Shown here: piece by piece, positions 45,390 to 54,767 of the stretch
Numbering within the stretch: position 1 is the first letter of the stretch
Layout of the letters: each line of letters starts with the position of its first letter
Source of the DNA: a virus
Virus record (IMG/VR): IMGVR_UViG_3300006802_000073
Coordinates: 64,001-128,000 of that record
Strand: one strand, 5' to 3'
Length of the DNA: 64,000 nucleotides
Made by a program: the position numbers and the translations under genes
The notes under the pieces: generated by a model
Seen by the model: the letters and a program-made list of their open reading frames with translations, nothing else
Databases searched by the model: none
Told to the model about the DNA's origin: nothing

Positions 45390-45593
45390 TTAAACTTTTC
45401 CTGTTACATGAGTTCTCTGAAAACAAGCTGGGCATTCGATATAGTATACTATATCACCGCGCAAATCGAAGTCATATTCTCTATATTCATGTACATCTTC
45501 AGATGTATATTCTAGAGTGTTATTACAACAATGGCATATAGTTTCTTTAACTAGATTTTTTTGTAACTTACGCTCAATTACTTTTATTACCAT
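45390..45593 (-). CDS. small Zn-ribbon protein
   Basis: CHCC...LEY...YIECPAC; AGGAG RBS. Confidence 0.65.
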   Translation of the reverse strand: MVIKVIERKLQKNLVKETICHCCNNTLEYTSEDVHEYREYDFDLRGDIVYYIECPACFQRTHVTGKV

Positions 45594-45597
45594 TACA

Positions 45598-46509
45598 TTA
45601 AGCTCCTTGGGTGAGAATATATTTTGCAAGAGACTTCCAATCTCCACCCCGCGAACGAATTTTAACTGTCGCAATCAACGACCGCAGAGACAAATTGCTA
45701 ATCTCTTTGAGACACATCTTGATGAATGCGATAGATTCAATCTTTTGTTCCATCGAATATTCTGGCAGAAACTCCTTGTCCTCGATGATCTTCTCCATCC
45801 GCTCAACCTTCTGCTCTTCTGTCATCGATACATCCACGCAAAGAGCGCGGGAACGAACTGCCTGATCGATTGAGTCCAGATCCATATTAGAGATAAAGAT
45901 AACAGAGCCCGTGAACTTGAATGAACGAGGAAGATCTTCATCTCGAATGTCAGCATTCCAGCTGATATAACGCTCCGAGTAAGAATCAAGAGCACCCTTA
46001 AGCAAATTCAATGCAACAGGATCCTTAAGAACACTGTCGCAATCATCAAACACCAGCACCATACCGTTACCCTCAAACAGGGTTCGATACAAACCTTTAG
46101 CAGTCGAAAATCCCTTGATGATGCGATAGGAATTTGACGATTGAACCTTGGCACCGACCTCGAACGATGCGAGTTCAGTCACGTTCTGCATACCAGACTC
46201 TTCGAGAGCCTTCAGCACCGAATGCGTCTTACCCAAACCACCTTGACCTGTAATTACGGCAGAGGCGATGGTCTTGCTTGATACCATATCGACCATTTTA
46301 CCAACAAAGTCGAACCGCTTATTAATGCCAAATTCATCTGCTTTCTTCTGCTGCTCTGCTATCGAAGGTGCAGATGCGAGAGTGTAACCCATCGAAGCAA
46401 TACGCATGACCAGATAGTCCTGATTCCTCGACTTTGCAATGATCTTAGAACCGACAATAGCAGTATACTTGTTCAGTGACTTGCTAAAAACGATCTTCGC
46501 TGCTTGCAT
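45598..46509 (-). CDS. AAA-type P-loop ATPase
   Basis: GQGGLGKT, LVFDDCD, NLLKGALDS, IFISN, AVRSR. Confidence 0.85.
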   Translation of the reverse strand: MQAAKIVFSKSLNKYTAIVGSKIIAKSRNQDYLVMRIASMGYTLASAPSIAEQQKKADEFGINKRFDFVGKMVDMVSSKTIASAVITGQGGLGKTHSVLKALEESGMQNVTELASFEVGAKVQSSNSYRIIKGFSTAKGLYRTLFEGNGMVLVFDDCDSVLKDPVALNLLKGALDSYSERYISWNADIRDEDLPRSFKFTGSVIFISNMDLDSIDQAVRSRALCVDVSMTEEQKVERMEKIIEDKEFLPEYSMEQKIESIAFIKMCLKEISNLSLRSLIATVKIRSRGGDWKSLAKYILTQGA

Positions 46510-46543
46510 ATTTTCCCTCATCAATTAATCAACGTATACTGAG

Positions 46544-46571
46544 ATTATACAGAGTCTGAACTAATTGTCAA
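46544..46571 (-). promoter_or_regulatory. sigma70-type early promoter (16-bp spacer class)
   Basis: TTGACA-ATTAGTTCAGACTCTG-TATAAT. Confidence 0.8.
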
Positions 46572-46576
46572 GCAGT

Positions 46577-46837
46577 TTAAAGAAGATTTAATGCCTCTTG
46601 TAACTCATTGAAATCTTTAAAGATTTTATTACCATGAAGATTTGTTCGTAGAATCATGAAGTTACGATTGTAAATTTCTACTGTAGCATCAAGGGTTCTT
46701 GCACGTCCGAATGTAACACTAAGATATTGTTTACCTTTTTTATTTGTATGCTTACCCATCAGAACACCATATGGGGCAGTGAAATCTTGAGTCATTGCCC
46801 AATCGTAAATAACTTGTTGAATTTCAACACTTTTCAT
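46577..46837 (-). CDS. hypothetical protein
   Basis: start MKSVEIQ avoids overlap with upstream gene. Confidence 0.6.
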   Translation of the reverse strand: MKSVEIQQVIYDWAMTQDFTAPYGVLMGKHTNKKGKQYLSVTFGRARTLDATVEIYNRNFMILRTNLHGNKIFKDFNELQEALNLL

Positions 46838-46859
46838 AATATACTTTATAATCAATGAG

Positions 46860-47189
46860 TTATCGTTGATAGCAAATTCGTTCGCGGGAAACATTACCAT
46901 CTTGATCGATTTTTTCTATCCAAGAATCACAAACTACTTGATTTTCCGGTACTTTTTCCACGTATATAGTGGAAGGTTGTATATACTGTCTCTGAGTATA
47001 CACTACCGCACCACCGATTATAGCACCAGCAACCATAGGACCTATCCATTTGTAATGATGACCATGATGATGACCATGATGATGACCATGATGATGACCA
47101 TGGTTATATCTATGATAATTATGTCCTCGATGTTGTGCGTTTACAACACCTGCTGCCAACATCAATGCAACAAAAAGAGTCTTTTTCAT
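46860..47189 (-). CDS. secreted/membrane His-rich protein
   Basis: signal peptide MKKTLFVALMLAAGVVNA, (HGHH)4, Gly-zipper-like helix. Confidence 0.7.
   Translation of the reverse strand: MKKTLFVALMLAAGVVNAQHRGHNYHRYNHGHHHGHHHGHHHGHHYKWIGPMVAGAIIGGAVVYTQRQYIQPSTIYVEKVPENQVVCDSWIEKIDQDGNVSRERICYQR
47055..47102. repeat. 4 x 12-bp perfect tandem repeat
   Basis: (ATGATGACCATG)4 encoding HGHH. Confidence 0.95.
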
Positions 47190-47215
47190 GTACATCTCCT
47201 AACGAGTGAACGAAT

Positions 47216-47243
47216 ATTATACATGTATTAAGAGGAATGTCAA
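47216..47243 (-). promoter_or_regulatory. sigma70-type early promoter (16-bp spacer)
   Basis: TTGACA-TTCCTCTTAATACATG-TATAAT. Confidence 0.75.
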
Positions 47244-48964
47244 GCACTTCTAACTACTGAGAAGTTATTGTGTTTCTCGAATCTGATTACAGAACGAAAC
47301 TTGTCGTAGAGTGCATCTGGTTTATGGCTGATTACAAAAAGATTTGTCTCTTCACCCAAAGTATTCAAAAGAGACATAAGAAAATCTGTACCATTATTGT
47401 CTAATGAACTATCGAAGATTTCATCAAGTATTAAAATATTTGTACTTACTGAATTCTTCATTTTAGCTATTGTTCTCCATGTAAATAAAAGTGATAGATC
47501 TATACGTTGTTTTTCACCCTCACTAAATGATGCATAACTAAATTCATCTCTATGACGGGATTTTATCACTTCATTGAAGGCTTCATCTAATTCAAAATGA
47601 ACAAAGAAATCCATCAATGTTAAATATTTATTTACTAATTTGTTAATGATAGGAAGATATTGTCGTATTACTTTTGTCTTAATTCCTGTATCTTTCAACA
47701 ATAGAGTGCAGATATTGTAATATTCTTGTTCTTCTTTTAAAGATGTTTTTTCATTGGATAAATTGAGTACTTCTTTAGCGAGTTCCTTTAACTTCTTCTT
47801 CTCCTGATCTAAATTATTTACTATATCATCTGTTGGTTGAGTTTCTTGTTTTCGTAATTTGGTTAAGTATCGTTCACTCGCAAGAATGATACTATTGTGC
47901 TCATGGATCTTTTTGTTTAGTTCATCAATTTCATCATTAAGATGATCAATAGTATCTATACTTCTTGTTATCTTTTTCAAATCTTTATTTAATTTTTTAA
48001 TTGCTTCTTCTACTTCTTTATATTTAGTTTGTTTTTGTTGAATGATATCTTCTTTGTATTCCTGTGTAATAGATTGTTTGCATGTTGGACATTCATCATT
48101 ATTTTTATAGAAAACAATTTCAGTTGATAACTTTACATTACATGTGTCTAGTTTCTGCTGCATTGTTTTTACTTTAACTAGTTTACTTTCTAATGTATCT
48201 TTTCTGTCAGTTTTCTTTCTTTTTTCAGTAACATCATTCATTAATAGATCGATGGTTTTTTGAGCAGTTTCTATTTCTGTAGTAGTTTTTTCTATCTCAT
48301 TACGAACTTCTTCTGCTTTTTTATCTCTTGTATCTTCGATCTTTTTAATAAAATCTTTTTGCATCTTCGCTTTTTGTTTCTGTAATTCTATTTTACTATC
48401 AAGATCCCGAATAGTATCTTTATTAAATGATAATTTTTCTTTAAGTAAAGTATTCATTACAGAGAAGATCTGAATATCAAGAATATCTTCAATAACTTCT
48501 CTACGATGTGCTAAAGGCAACTGCATAAAAGGAGTAAAAGATGCACTACCGAGAATACCTATCTGTGTAAATGCTTTATAATTAAATTTTAAAATTTGCT
48601 CCTCAAGTACTTTTTGATAATCTTTAGATGCAGCATCTTGATTAACTAATACCCCATTACAAAATATAGTGAAGATATTAGGTTTAATTCCTCTTGTTAC
48701 AATATATTTCTTCTTATTAGTTATAAACTCTACTTCAACAATCAATTCTTTTTGATTAATAGAATTGATCAATTGTGGTTTATTGATATTGCGAAATGCT
48801 TTACCAAAAAGGGCAAAACAAATGGCATCGAGAATAGTACTTTTGCCTGCACCATTTTCGCCAAGAATTAATGTAGTTGTGCTTCTATTTAATTGAATCT
48901 CTGTAAAAGAGTTACCTGTAGATAAAAAGTTACGCCATCTAATTTTTTCAAAATTTACACTCAT
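47240..48964 (-). CDS. gp46: Rad50/SbcC-like recombination ATPase
   Basis: GENGAGKST, CPTC hook, FSEGEKQRID, ILDEIFDSSLD, VISH. Confidence 0.97.
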   Translation of the reverse strand: MSVNFEKIRWRNFLSTGNSFTEIQLNRSTTTLILGENGAGKSTILDAICFALFGKAFRNINKPQLINSINQKELIVEVEFITNKKKYIVTRGIKPNIFTIFCNGVLVNQDAASKDYQKVLEEQILKFNYKAFTQIGILGSASFTPFMQLPLAHRREVIEDILDIQIFSVMNTLLKEKLSFNKDTIRDLDSKIELQKQKAKMQKDFIKKIEDTRDKKAEEVRNEIEKTTTEIETAQKTIDLLMNDVTEKRKKTDRKDTLESKLVKVKTMQQKLDTCNVKLSTEIVFYKNNDECPTCKQSITQEYKEDIIQQKQTKYKEVEEAIKKLNKDLKKITRSIDTIDHLNDEIDELNKKIHEHNSIILASERYLTKLRKQETQPTDDIVNNLDQEKKKLKELAKEVLNLSNEKTSLKEEQEYYNICTLLLKDTGIKTKVIRQYLPIINKLVNKYLTLMDFFVHFELDEAFNEVIKSRHRDEFSYASFSEGEKQRIDLSLLFTWRTIAKMKNSVSTNILILDEIFDSSLDNNGTDFLMSLLNTLGEETNLFVISHKPDALYDKFRSVIRFEKHNNFSVVRSA

Positions 48965-50013
48965 TCGTTTAACACCTGTGCTTCCACATAAAGACTTTTT
49001 AAAATTGTTTTTATTTTATCTTTATTCATAGGAGTTTCCACTGCATCAACATATGAAGAAAGTAAAGACATCGTATCCTCTATACTAACAGATTCATTAT
49101 CCTCTGTCGATTCAAAATCAGAAAAATCTTCAACAATCTTTAAATCTAATGGTATAGAAGAATACAAAGAATCAATAAACTTATCAAACATATAAAAATC
49201 TGTTTTCTTTTCTACAATAAGTTTTACATTTTTATTTGAATACTTATTCACTGATACTTTGCTATAATCGGTGTTTTCATCATTATAATAAATCTTTTCA
49301 AAAATTGTATTAGGGTTTAGTACAAATTCAAGTTGCAAAGTATCAGTATCAAGAATATTAAATCCTCTTTGATCACCATGATCTTGCCAAGTAAATTCAT
49401 ATGGATTGCCTAAATAAACTATATTCTTATTAGCTGATCTATGATGATAATGTCCTGAACAAACCAATTTATAATCCGCAAGAAGAGAAGGATCCATTCC
49501 ATCTTCACTTACTTGTCCTCTATACATAGGGAATCCAGAGAACTCAAAATGTCCTAGACATACCGAAGCTGCACCTTCTTTTATTATTTGTATAGATTCA
49601 TCATGTGTTGCTGCACAGATCCATGGCATCATAAGAATATCGATTCCACCTATTCTAACTACTTCAGGTTTAGCATAAGTAATAATATTAGAATAACCCA
49701 TTAAAAGAATATCTGGTGAATTAATCTCATTTGAATTTTTATATGTTGTATCATGGTTACCTGTAAGTACATGTGCTGTAATACCTCTAGATTCTAGTTC
49801 ATCAAAGAAGTATCGTTTACAGGATCTAAGAGTAACATAATTGATATATTTTCTTCTATCAAAAACGTCGCCTAGATGAATGATAGTATCTATTTCTCGT
49901 TTTTCAAGTTCGGGGAAGAAAACCTCTGTATAGAATTTTTCAAAAAACTTATCGTATATTATAGAATCGGAACGTGCTCCGAAGTGCGTATCGGTAACTA
50001 ATGCTATTTGCAT
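48961..50013 (-). CDS. gp47: Mre11/SbcD-like nuclease
   Basis: TDTHFG, LGDVFDRRK, GNHD, SGHYH. Confidence 0.97.
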   Translation of the reverse strand: MQIALVTDTHFGARSDSIIYDKFFEKFYTEVFFPELEKREIDTIIHLGDVFDRRKYINYVTLRSCKRYFFDELESRGITAHVLTGNHDTTYKNSNEINSPDILLMGYSNIITYAKPEVVRIGGIDILMMPWICAATHDESIQIIKEGAASVCLGHFEFSGFPMYRGQVSEDGMDPSLLADYKLVCSGHYHHRSANKNIVYLGNPYEFTWQDHGDQRGFNILDTDTLQLEFVLNPNTIFEKIYYNDENTDYSKVSVNKYSNKNVKLIVEKKTDFYMFDKFIDSLYSSIPLDLKIVEDFSDFESTEDNESVSIEDTMSLLSSYVDAVETPMNKDKIKTILKSLYVEAQVLNE

Positions 50014-50471
50014 TATTCATTAATCCACATTGCCGAATTTGAAGGAGTTTCCATTACTTTAACCATTCTTAATTTAACACGACCATCATTATAACCATTT
50101 TCTTCCATCCAAATATCTTGGATATAATCTGCAAGAAACTTTGCTAATCCTTCACATCCAGTTTTTTCAACAACAACCATTTTGCATAGTTTCTTTTCAT
50201 GTAACATTTCAAAGGTTTTGAATTCGGGATCATCTTCTGCTACTAATAAAGTATGATCAAACCAATCATCTAATTTTTCTTTTAGAGATTTGAATCCTCC
50301 GAAGTCAACGCACCAATTTCTATTATCTAGTTCAGTACATTCAAATTCAAAATGAAAAGCCAAAGCATAACCATGAATTTTATTACAATGAGTATCTGCT
50401 CTCCATTGGCGATATGCTACGGCATAACCTCTTTCATGTCCATAGGTTTTTGTTGAAATATATTTACTCAT
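50013..50471 (-). CDS. queD: 6-carboxytetrahydropterin synthase
   Basis: CNKIHGY, DFGG, FDH, ETPSNSA. Confidence 0.88.
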   Translation of the reverse strand: MSKYISTKTYGHERGYAVAYRQWRADTHCNKIHGYALAFHFEFECTELDNRNWCVDFGGFKSLKEKLDDWFDHTLLVAEDDPEFKTFEMLHEKKLCKMVVVEKTGCEGLAKFLADYIQDIWMEENGYNDGRVKLRMVKVMETPSNSAMWINE

Positions 50472-50472
50472 A

Positions 50473-51528
50473 TCAATCCTTTAAAAGTTTATTAATCATA
50501 ATTGTAGGAGTTAAATAATTATCAATTAGATCTTTTCTTTGTTCCTCCATACTTTGATATAGATTATCATAATTGTTTATAAGATTGTTTATAAAATTGA
50601 TTAGATTCTTTTTATATTTTTTATAATTATCAAATGATGAAGTCCATTCTGATGGATATTTAAATATATCGAGGTACATTTCTTGATATGAACATCTATT
50701 AGGAACAATAGGTATAGCACCTGCTAATGTTCCCTCCATCATACTGATACCAAGATTTTCATGCAAAGAACAACTAAATACAGCTTTAACTTCACTTAAG
50801 TTCTTATAATAAAGTTCTTTGGAGAGATGTTTTTCTTGAGTAATGAGAATATCGAAATCTGTTTTTAAATCTGTAACTATCTCGGGTTGTTTATCTTCAT
50901 TTAATCTATGTGGAAACATGATAACATTTTTTCGTTCTTTGTTATCTTTATAACAAACTAATTCTTCAATAATAGGAGTATGTGGTTGCCCTGATCTATA
51001 TGCTTTTAAAGCACCTACACATAAATTTTCACAAAACATATCTTTATGAAAATTTGTGGCAAAGTAATTATAATCACTTGCATAATACCATGCTCGCTCT
51101 TGATTAGATGCCCAACCTGTTGTCATCTTCATACCAAGAATATCTGAAGGATCATAATTGCCGGCATGCCAAATTGAATGAATTTCTACAGGTATATTTA
51201 GTAATTCACTCATATATTTGATAGAAGTTATTACAAAATTCCATGCATCAGTGACAAGAAACTTATCTCCTGGTTTAACTTGTCCAAAACTAAATAGTGA
51301 AGAAATTCTTTCTACTTGAGATGCTTTATAAAGGTTTGTAGAGCCAAAATCTAAGAAAGCACCTTTTGTAGTGCTAGAAGAAATTAAAGTGCCATCTATA
51401 TTCTCAATTCTAATTTGTAATTTATTTTTTTTGATTTCTTTTTCTAAGATCTTAGGTATATTATCATACCATTGTTTAGTATAACGTTGTTCTATAGGTT
51501 CTATAGGTACAATATAAATAGTTTTCAT
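50473..51528 (-). CDS. GT-B glycosyltransferase inside the deazaguanine cluster
   Basis: FPHRLNEDKQP, HENLGISMMEG, PNRCSYQEMY (E-x7-E motif). Confidence 0.75.
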   Translation of the reverse strand: MKTIYIVPIEPIEQRYTKQWYDNIPKILEKEIKKNKLQIRIENIDGTLISSSTTKGAFLDFGSTNLYKASQVERISSLFSFGQVKPGDKFLVTDAWNFVITSIKYMSELLNIPVEIHSIWHAGNYDPSDILGMKMTTGWASNQERAWYYASDYNYFATNFHKDMFCENLCVGALKAYRSGQPHTPIIEELVCYKDNKERKNVIMFPHRLNEDKQPEIVTDLKTDFDILITQEKHLSKELYYKNLSEVKAVFSCSLHENLGISMMEGTLAGAIPIVPNRCSYQEMYLDIFKYPSEWTSSFDNYKKYKKNLINFINNLINNYDNLYQSMEEQRKDLIDNYLTPTIMINKLLKD

Positions 51529-51929
51529 GGTTTAAACTCTAAAATGGCTCCATTTTCATCATCTTCATAAACTTTAATAACTGTTTTTCTATTACTATAA
51601 ACGGGATGAGTTTGTATTTGATTATATAAATCTTCAGCTAACATCTCACAAGATTTAAAATCTATATATTGAGTACCTACTCTATATAAATTTTCCAACC
51701 ATCTCTTAAATTGTATAAATTCAACTTCTCTATCATTATGTGTTACTTCAAGTGATACATAAAAATGAAAGATGTGTCTATGAGCATTAGCTAAAAAAGA
51801 TACATCTAAATAATCACCAGTCTTTAAATTGGAATCTATAGCAGCGGCTGGATAACTATGTACTCCCTCTTTTGTAAACTTAACTTCAATTCGTCTTTTA
51901 ACCATCTTATTCTCCAAATAATGCTTCAA
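51525..51929 (-). CDS. QueD-like T-fold protein (DpdL-like)
   Basis: LANAHRHIF, DREVEFI, SCEMLA, VYEDDENG. Confidence 0.65.
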   Translation of the reverse strand: MKHYLENKMVKRRIEVKFTKEGVHSYPAAAIDSNLKTGDYLDVSFLANAHRHIFHFYVSLEVTHNDREVEFIQFKRWLENLYRVGTQYIDFKSCEMLAEDLYNQIQTHPVYSNRKTVIKVYEDDENGAILEFKP

Positions 51930-53172
51930 GTGCTGGAGTAGGATTATAAATCCCTAACGCATCACTGTCAATATATTTACCAACAGAACTTAACCATTTA
52001 TTGAAATCTTCTAAAGTTTGTACTTCTTTTAAAGATCTAAATGCACTTTGATAAATCGGAGATAAAAGTTTTAACATATCTTCTTCATTATTAACCATAT
52101 GATCTACACATTTAGCAAAATTTTTAATAGCGGATGAAATATATGCAACTGCTGTTTCTATAGAAGGATCTGTTGAACCATATTTCTTTGCTATAACAGA
52201 TGGTGGATTATTTAAACATTCATGCAAGAGATGCACATCGTGGTTAAAAACATTAGGAAAATTACTATTTATATCTTTATGAATAGTCTCATAATCTAAA
52301 TTAAGATATCTAGGATAATTTAACATTTTTGTTTTATAAAAATATAATCCTCTTGTTATAGAAGCAGTATGTGTGGTTGAATCATAACTGATAACCATAT
52401 TTTTATATAGTTCATTTTGAACAAATACTAAAGTAGGAATCATTCTAGGAAATGCACCTACACCTAAAAGATGCATATGATTATGTTCTAATTCAATGGG
52501 TAATTGAGTAAAGTAAAATGCTCGTTTAATATCTTCTAATGTTCCTTTACCTAAAGCAGCGGCTCCCATAGCAATTCCACCAATATACTTTACATGATTA
52601 GATGGAATTTCTTTTAACATTAATTCAACCCATTTCATATAAGAATCATAACAATTACCTTGAGCAATTAGAAAAGGTTTAGTTTTAGATTTTTGATCTA
52701 AGAAATATTGTATTTGTTTTTCTAAATTTTTACCAGATTCTTTAGCACATGACTCTAATGATTCTGGATCAAATTTTCTTGTAGTAGTATCTAATCTTAC
52801 AGATCGATCACCTAAAACTTTTACTGGAATCATATCAAAAGACATAGCAACATCACTATATTTTGCTTGATTAGCATAAATATCCATCTTAAGTTGTTCA
52901 GTAATAGTTTTACCTAAAGTAATCATCTGCAATCCACCCGAATCAGCATGAATTTGATGAACTAAAGGTCTTACAGTATCTTGAAACATCTCACCATGAG
53001 CAGTTTCAACAAAGGCATTATAAAGTAATGAAACTTTATGATTGTGTTTATCGTTTATAGATGCATATGTTTTTTTGAAAAAATCTAGAATATTTGGAGT
53101 TAATCCATTCTTCTTATTGATTCTAAAATAACTAAAACCTGAGGCAACATATTCAAATTTAACATTTTGCAT
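51907..53172 (-). CDS. TGT-fold DNA/base transglycosylase-like protein (DpdA/DpdA3-like)
   Basis: ADSGGLQ, MSFD, IAQG, GGIAMG, HLLGVG, SYDSTT. Confidence 0.75.
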   Translation of the reverse strand: MQNVKFEYVASGFSYFRINKKNGLTPNILDFFKKTYASINDKHNHKVSLLYNAFVETAHGEMFQDTVRPLVHQIHADSGGLQMITLGKTITEQLKMDIYANQAKYSDVAMSFDMIPVKVLGDRSVRLDTTTRKFDPESLESCAKESGKNLEKQIQYFLDQKSKTKPFLIAQGNCYDSYMKWVELMLKEIPSNHVKYIGGIAMGAAALGKGTLEDIKRAFYFTQLPIELEHNHMHLLGVGAFPRMIPTLVFVQNELYKNMVISYDSTTHTASITRGLYFYKTKMLNYPRYLNLDYETIHKDINSNFPNVFNHDVHLLHECLNNPPSVIAKKYGSTDPSIETAVAYISSAIKNFAKCVDHMVNNEEDMLKLLSPIYQSAFRSLKEVQTLEDFNKWLSSVGKYIDSDALGIYNPTPALEALFGE

Positions 53173-53174
53173 AA

Positions 53175-53843
53175 TTACTTTTGCCTCAGATTTAAAATTT
53201 GATAAAATTCTTCTTTAATGCTTTTATCTTCTAAAAAACAACCACGCATAACTGCAGTGGTCATATCTGACTCATGTTCTCTAACTCCTCTATGAGTCAT
53301 ACAATGATGCTCTGCTTTAATAACAACAGCAATATCAGGTGTCTCCGCGAATTTTACAAGAGCGTCAGCAATTTGAGTAGTCATCTCCTCTTGAATCTGT
53401 GGTCTTTCAGCAATATGATGTACAATTCGATTAAACTTTGACAAACCAATAACTTTTTCATTAGGTAAAACTCCTACCCAACAACTTCCAACAATATTTT
53501 GAAAATGATGAGCACATGTACTACGAATAGAAATAGGTCCACAAGTATATAAATTTTTATAACCTATATTTGGAAAACTTGTTACATCGGGTGCAGGATC
53601 ATATCTACCACCAAATACTTCATTAATCCACATCTTCGCTACTCTATGAGCAGTTTCTTTCGTATTATGATCGTTATCAATATCGATAACAAGAGATTGT
53701 AAGATACCGCGCATCTTCTTTTCAATCTCTTCAATTAATTTTTCTTTTTCACCAGGTTTCAAATATTCTGAAATATTATCATTAGAAACAAATGATGCAC
53801 CTGCTTCATTGATACGAGCACGAATTTTATCAGAAATTGCCAT
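53175..53843 (-). CDS. folE: GTP cyclohydrolase I
   Basis: STCAHH, IGLSKFNR, RPQIQEE, HHCMTHRGV. Confidence 0.95.
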   Translation of the reverse strand: MAISDKIRARINEAGASFVSNDNISEYLKPGEKEKLIEEIEKKMRGILQSLVIDIDNDHNTKETAHRVAKMWINEVFGGRYDPAPDVTSFPNIGYKNLYTCGPISIRSTCAHHFQNIVGSCWVGVLPNEKVIGLSKFNRIVHHIAERPQIQEEMTTQIADALVKFAETPDIAVVIKAEHHCMTHRGVREHESDMTTAVMRGCFLEDKSIKEEFYQILNLRQK

Positions 53844-54355
53844 TATGACCTCATTATTTTAAGTAAATGTTTTGTTTGATGGATTGCATCATCTAAAGCA
53901 TTATGATAAACACCTTCTCTTTCATCTTCAGGAAGAACAATAATATTTTTAATTGTTCTATAACATCTATCATCCCACCAATTCCATGGACGTATATTTC
54001 CTATAGCAAAATAAGCATTTTCCATAATTACATTATCAAATCCAGCACCATTACCCCATGTAAATAAACTTTTTTCACCATACCATTCTTTAAACTTTGT
54101 TAAAGCATCATCTAAAGATATACAATCTATAGTCAATGCTTTAAGTGCTTCTTTATTTTGCTTCATCCACCATTCAATTGTATCTTTTGAAAAGTGCAAT
54201 CCATAATTCTTACATGATTGAGCCTCTATTGTACAATAGAATGTGTCTATAATGCCACTCTCAATTGTAAATTTTACTGCACCAATAGAACAAATTGCAG
54301 CATTAGATCTAGTTGACATAGTTTCTAAGTCAATCATCACATTCTGTTTATTCAT
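53843..54355 (-). CDS. DEDD 3'-5' exonuclease (Rv2179c/exonuclease VIII-like)
   Basis: MIDLET, WGNGAGFD, HNALDDA. Confidence 0.9.
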   Translation of the reverse strand: MNKQNVMIDLETMSTRSNAAICSIGAVKFTIESGIIDTFYCTIEAQSCKNYGLHFSKDTIEWWMKQNKEALKALTIDCISLDDALTKFKEWYGEKSLFTWGNGAGFDNVIMENAYFAIGNIRPWNWWDDRCYRTIKNIIVLPEDEREGVYHNALDDAIHQTKHLLKIMRS

Positions 54356-54767
54356 TTTCCCACCAAAAAGTAATCCAACTAGGATCTAATGTCTTGTCAA
54401 TTGTTCTACCATAAAAATCTGGTTCACCTAATATCTGACCTCTATTATAAATCAATGAGGTATATTTGCAATTAGGAAAAAGTTTTTTAACTTTTAAAAA
54501 AGTATCACCCGTATCAACAATATCATCCACAACGAGAACTTCTAAATTGTACTTGTTTATTACTCTAAATATGGGATTGAGTTTTAAATCATCATTAAAA
54601 TTTAAAGCCTCAACATTCTTAATATTAAGAGCATGTGCTAACATTGTAGCAGGGATCAATCCACCTCGTGTAATCCCTATTACTGTAAATGGCTCAAACT
54701 TATCTTCTTTAATTTGTTTAACAATATTGTTTATATCATCACTAAACATGTCAAAGGTATAATTCAT
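54348..54767 (-). CDS. type I phosphoribosyltransferase (Gpt-like)
   Basis: ITRGGLIPA, LVVDDIVDTGDT, ITFWWE. Confidence 0.9.
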   Translation of the reverse strand: MNYTFDMFSDDINNIVKQIKEDKFEPFTVIGITRGGLIPATMLAHALNIKNVEALNFNDDLKLNPIFRVINKYNLEVLVVDDIVDTGDTFLKVKKLFPNCKYTSLIYNRGQILGEPDFYGRTIDKTLDPSWITFWWENE

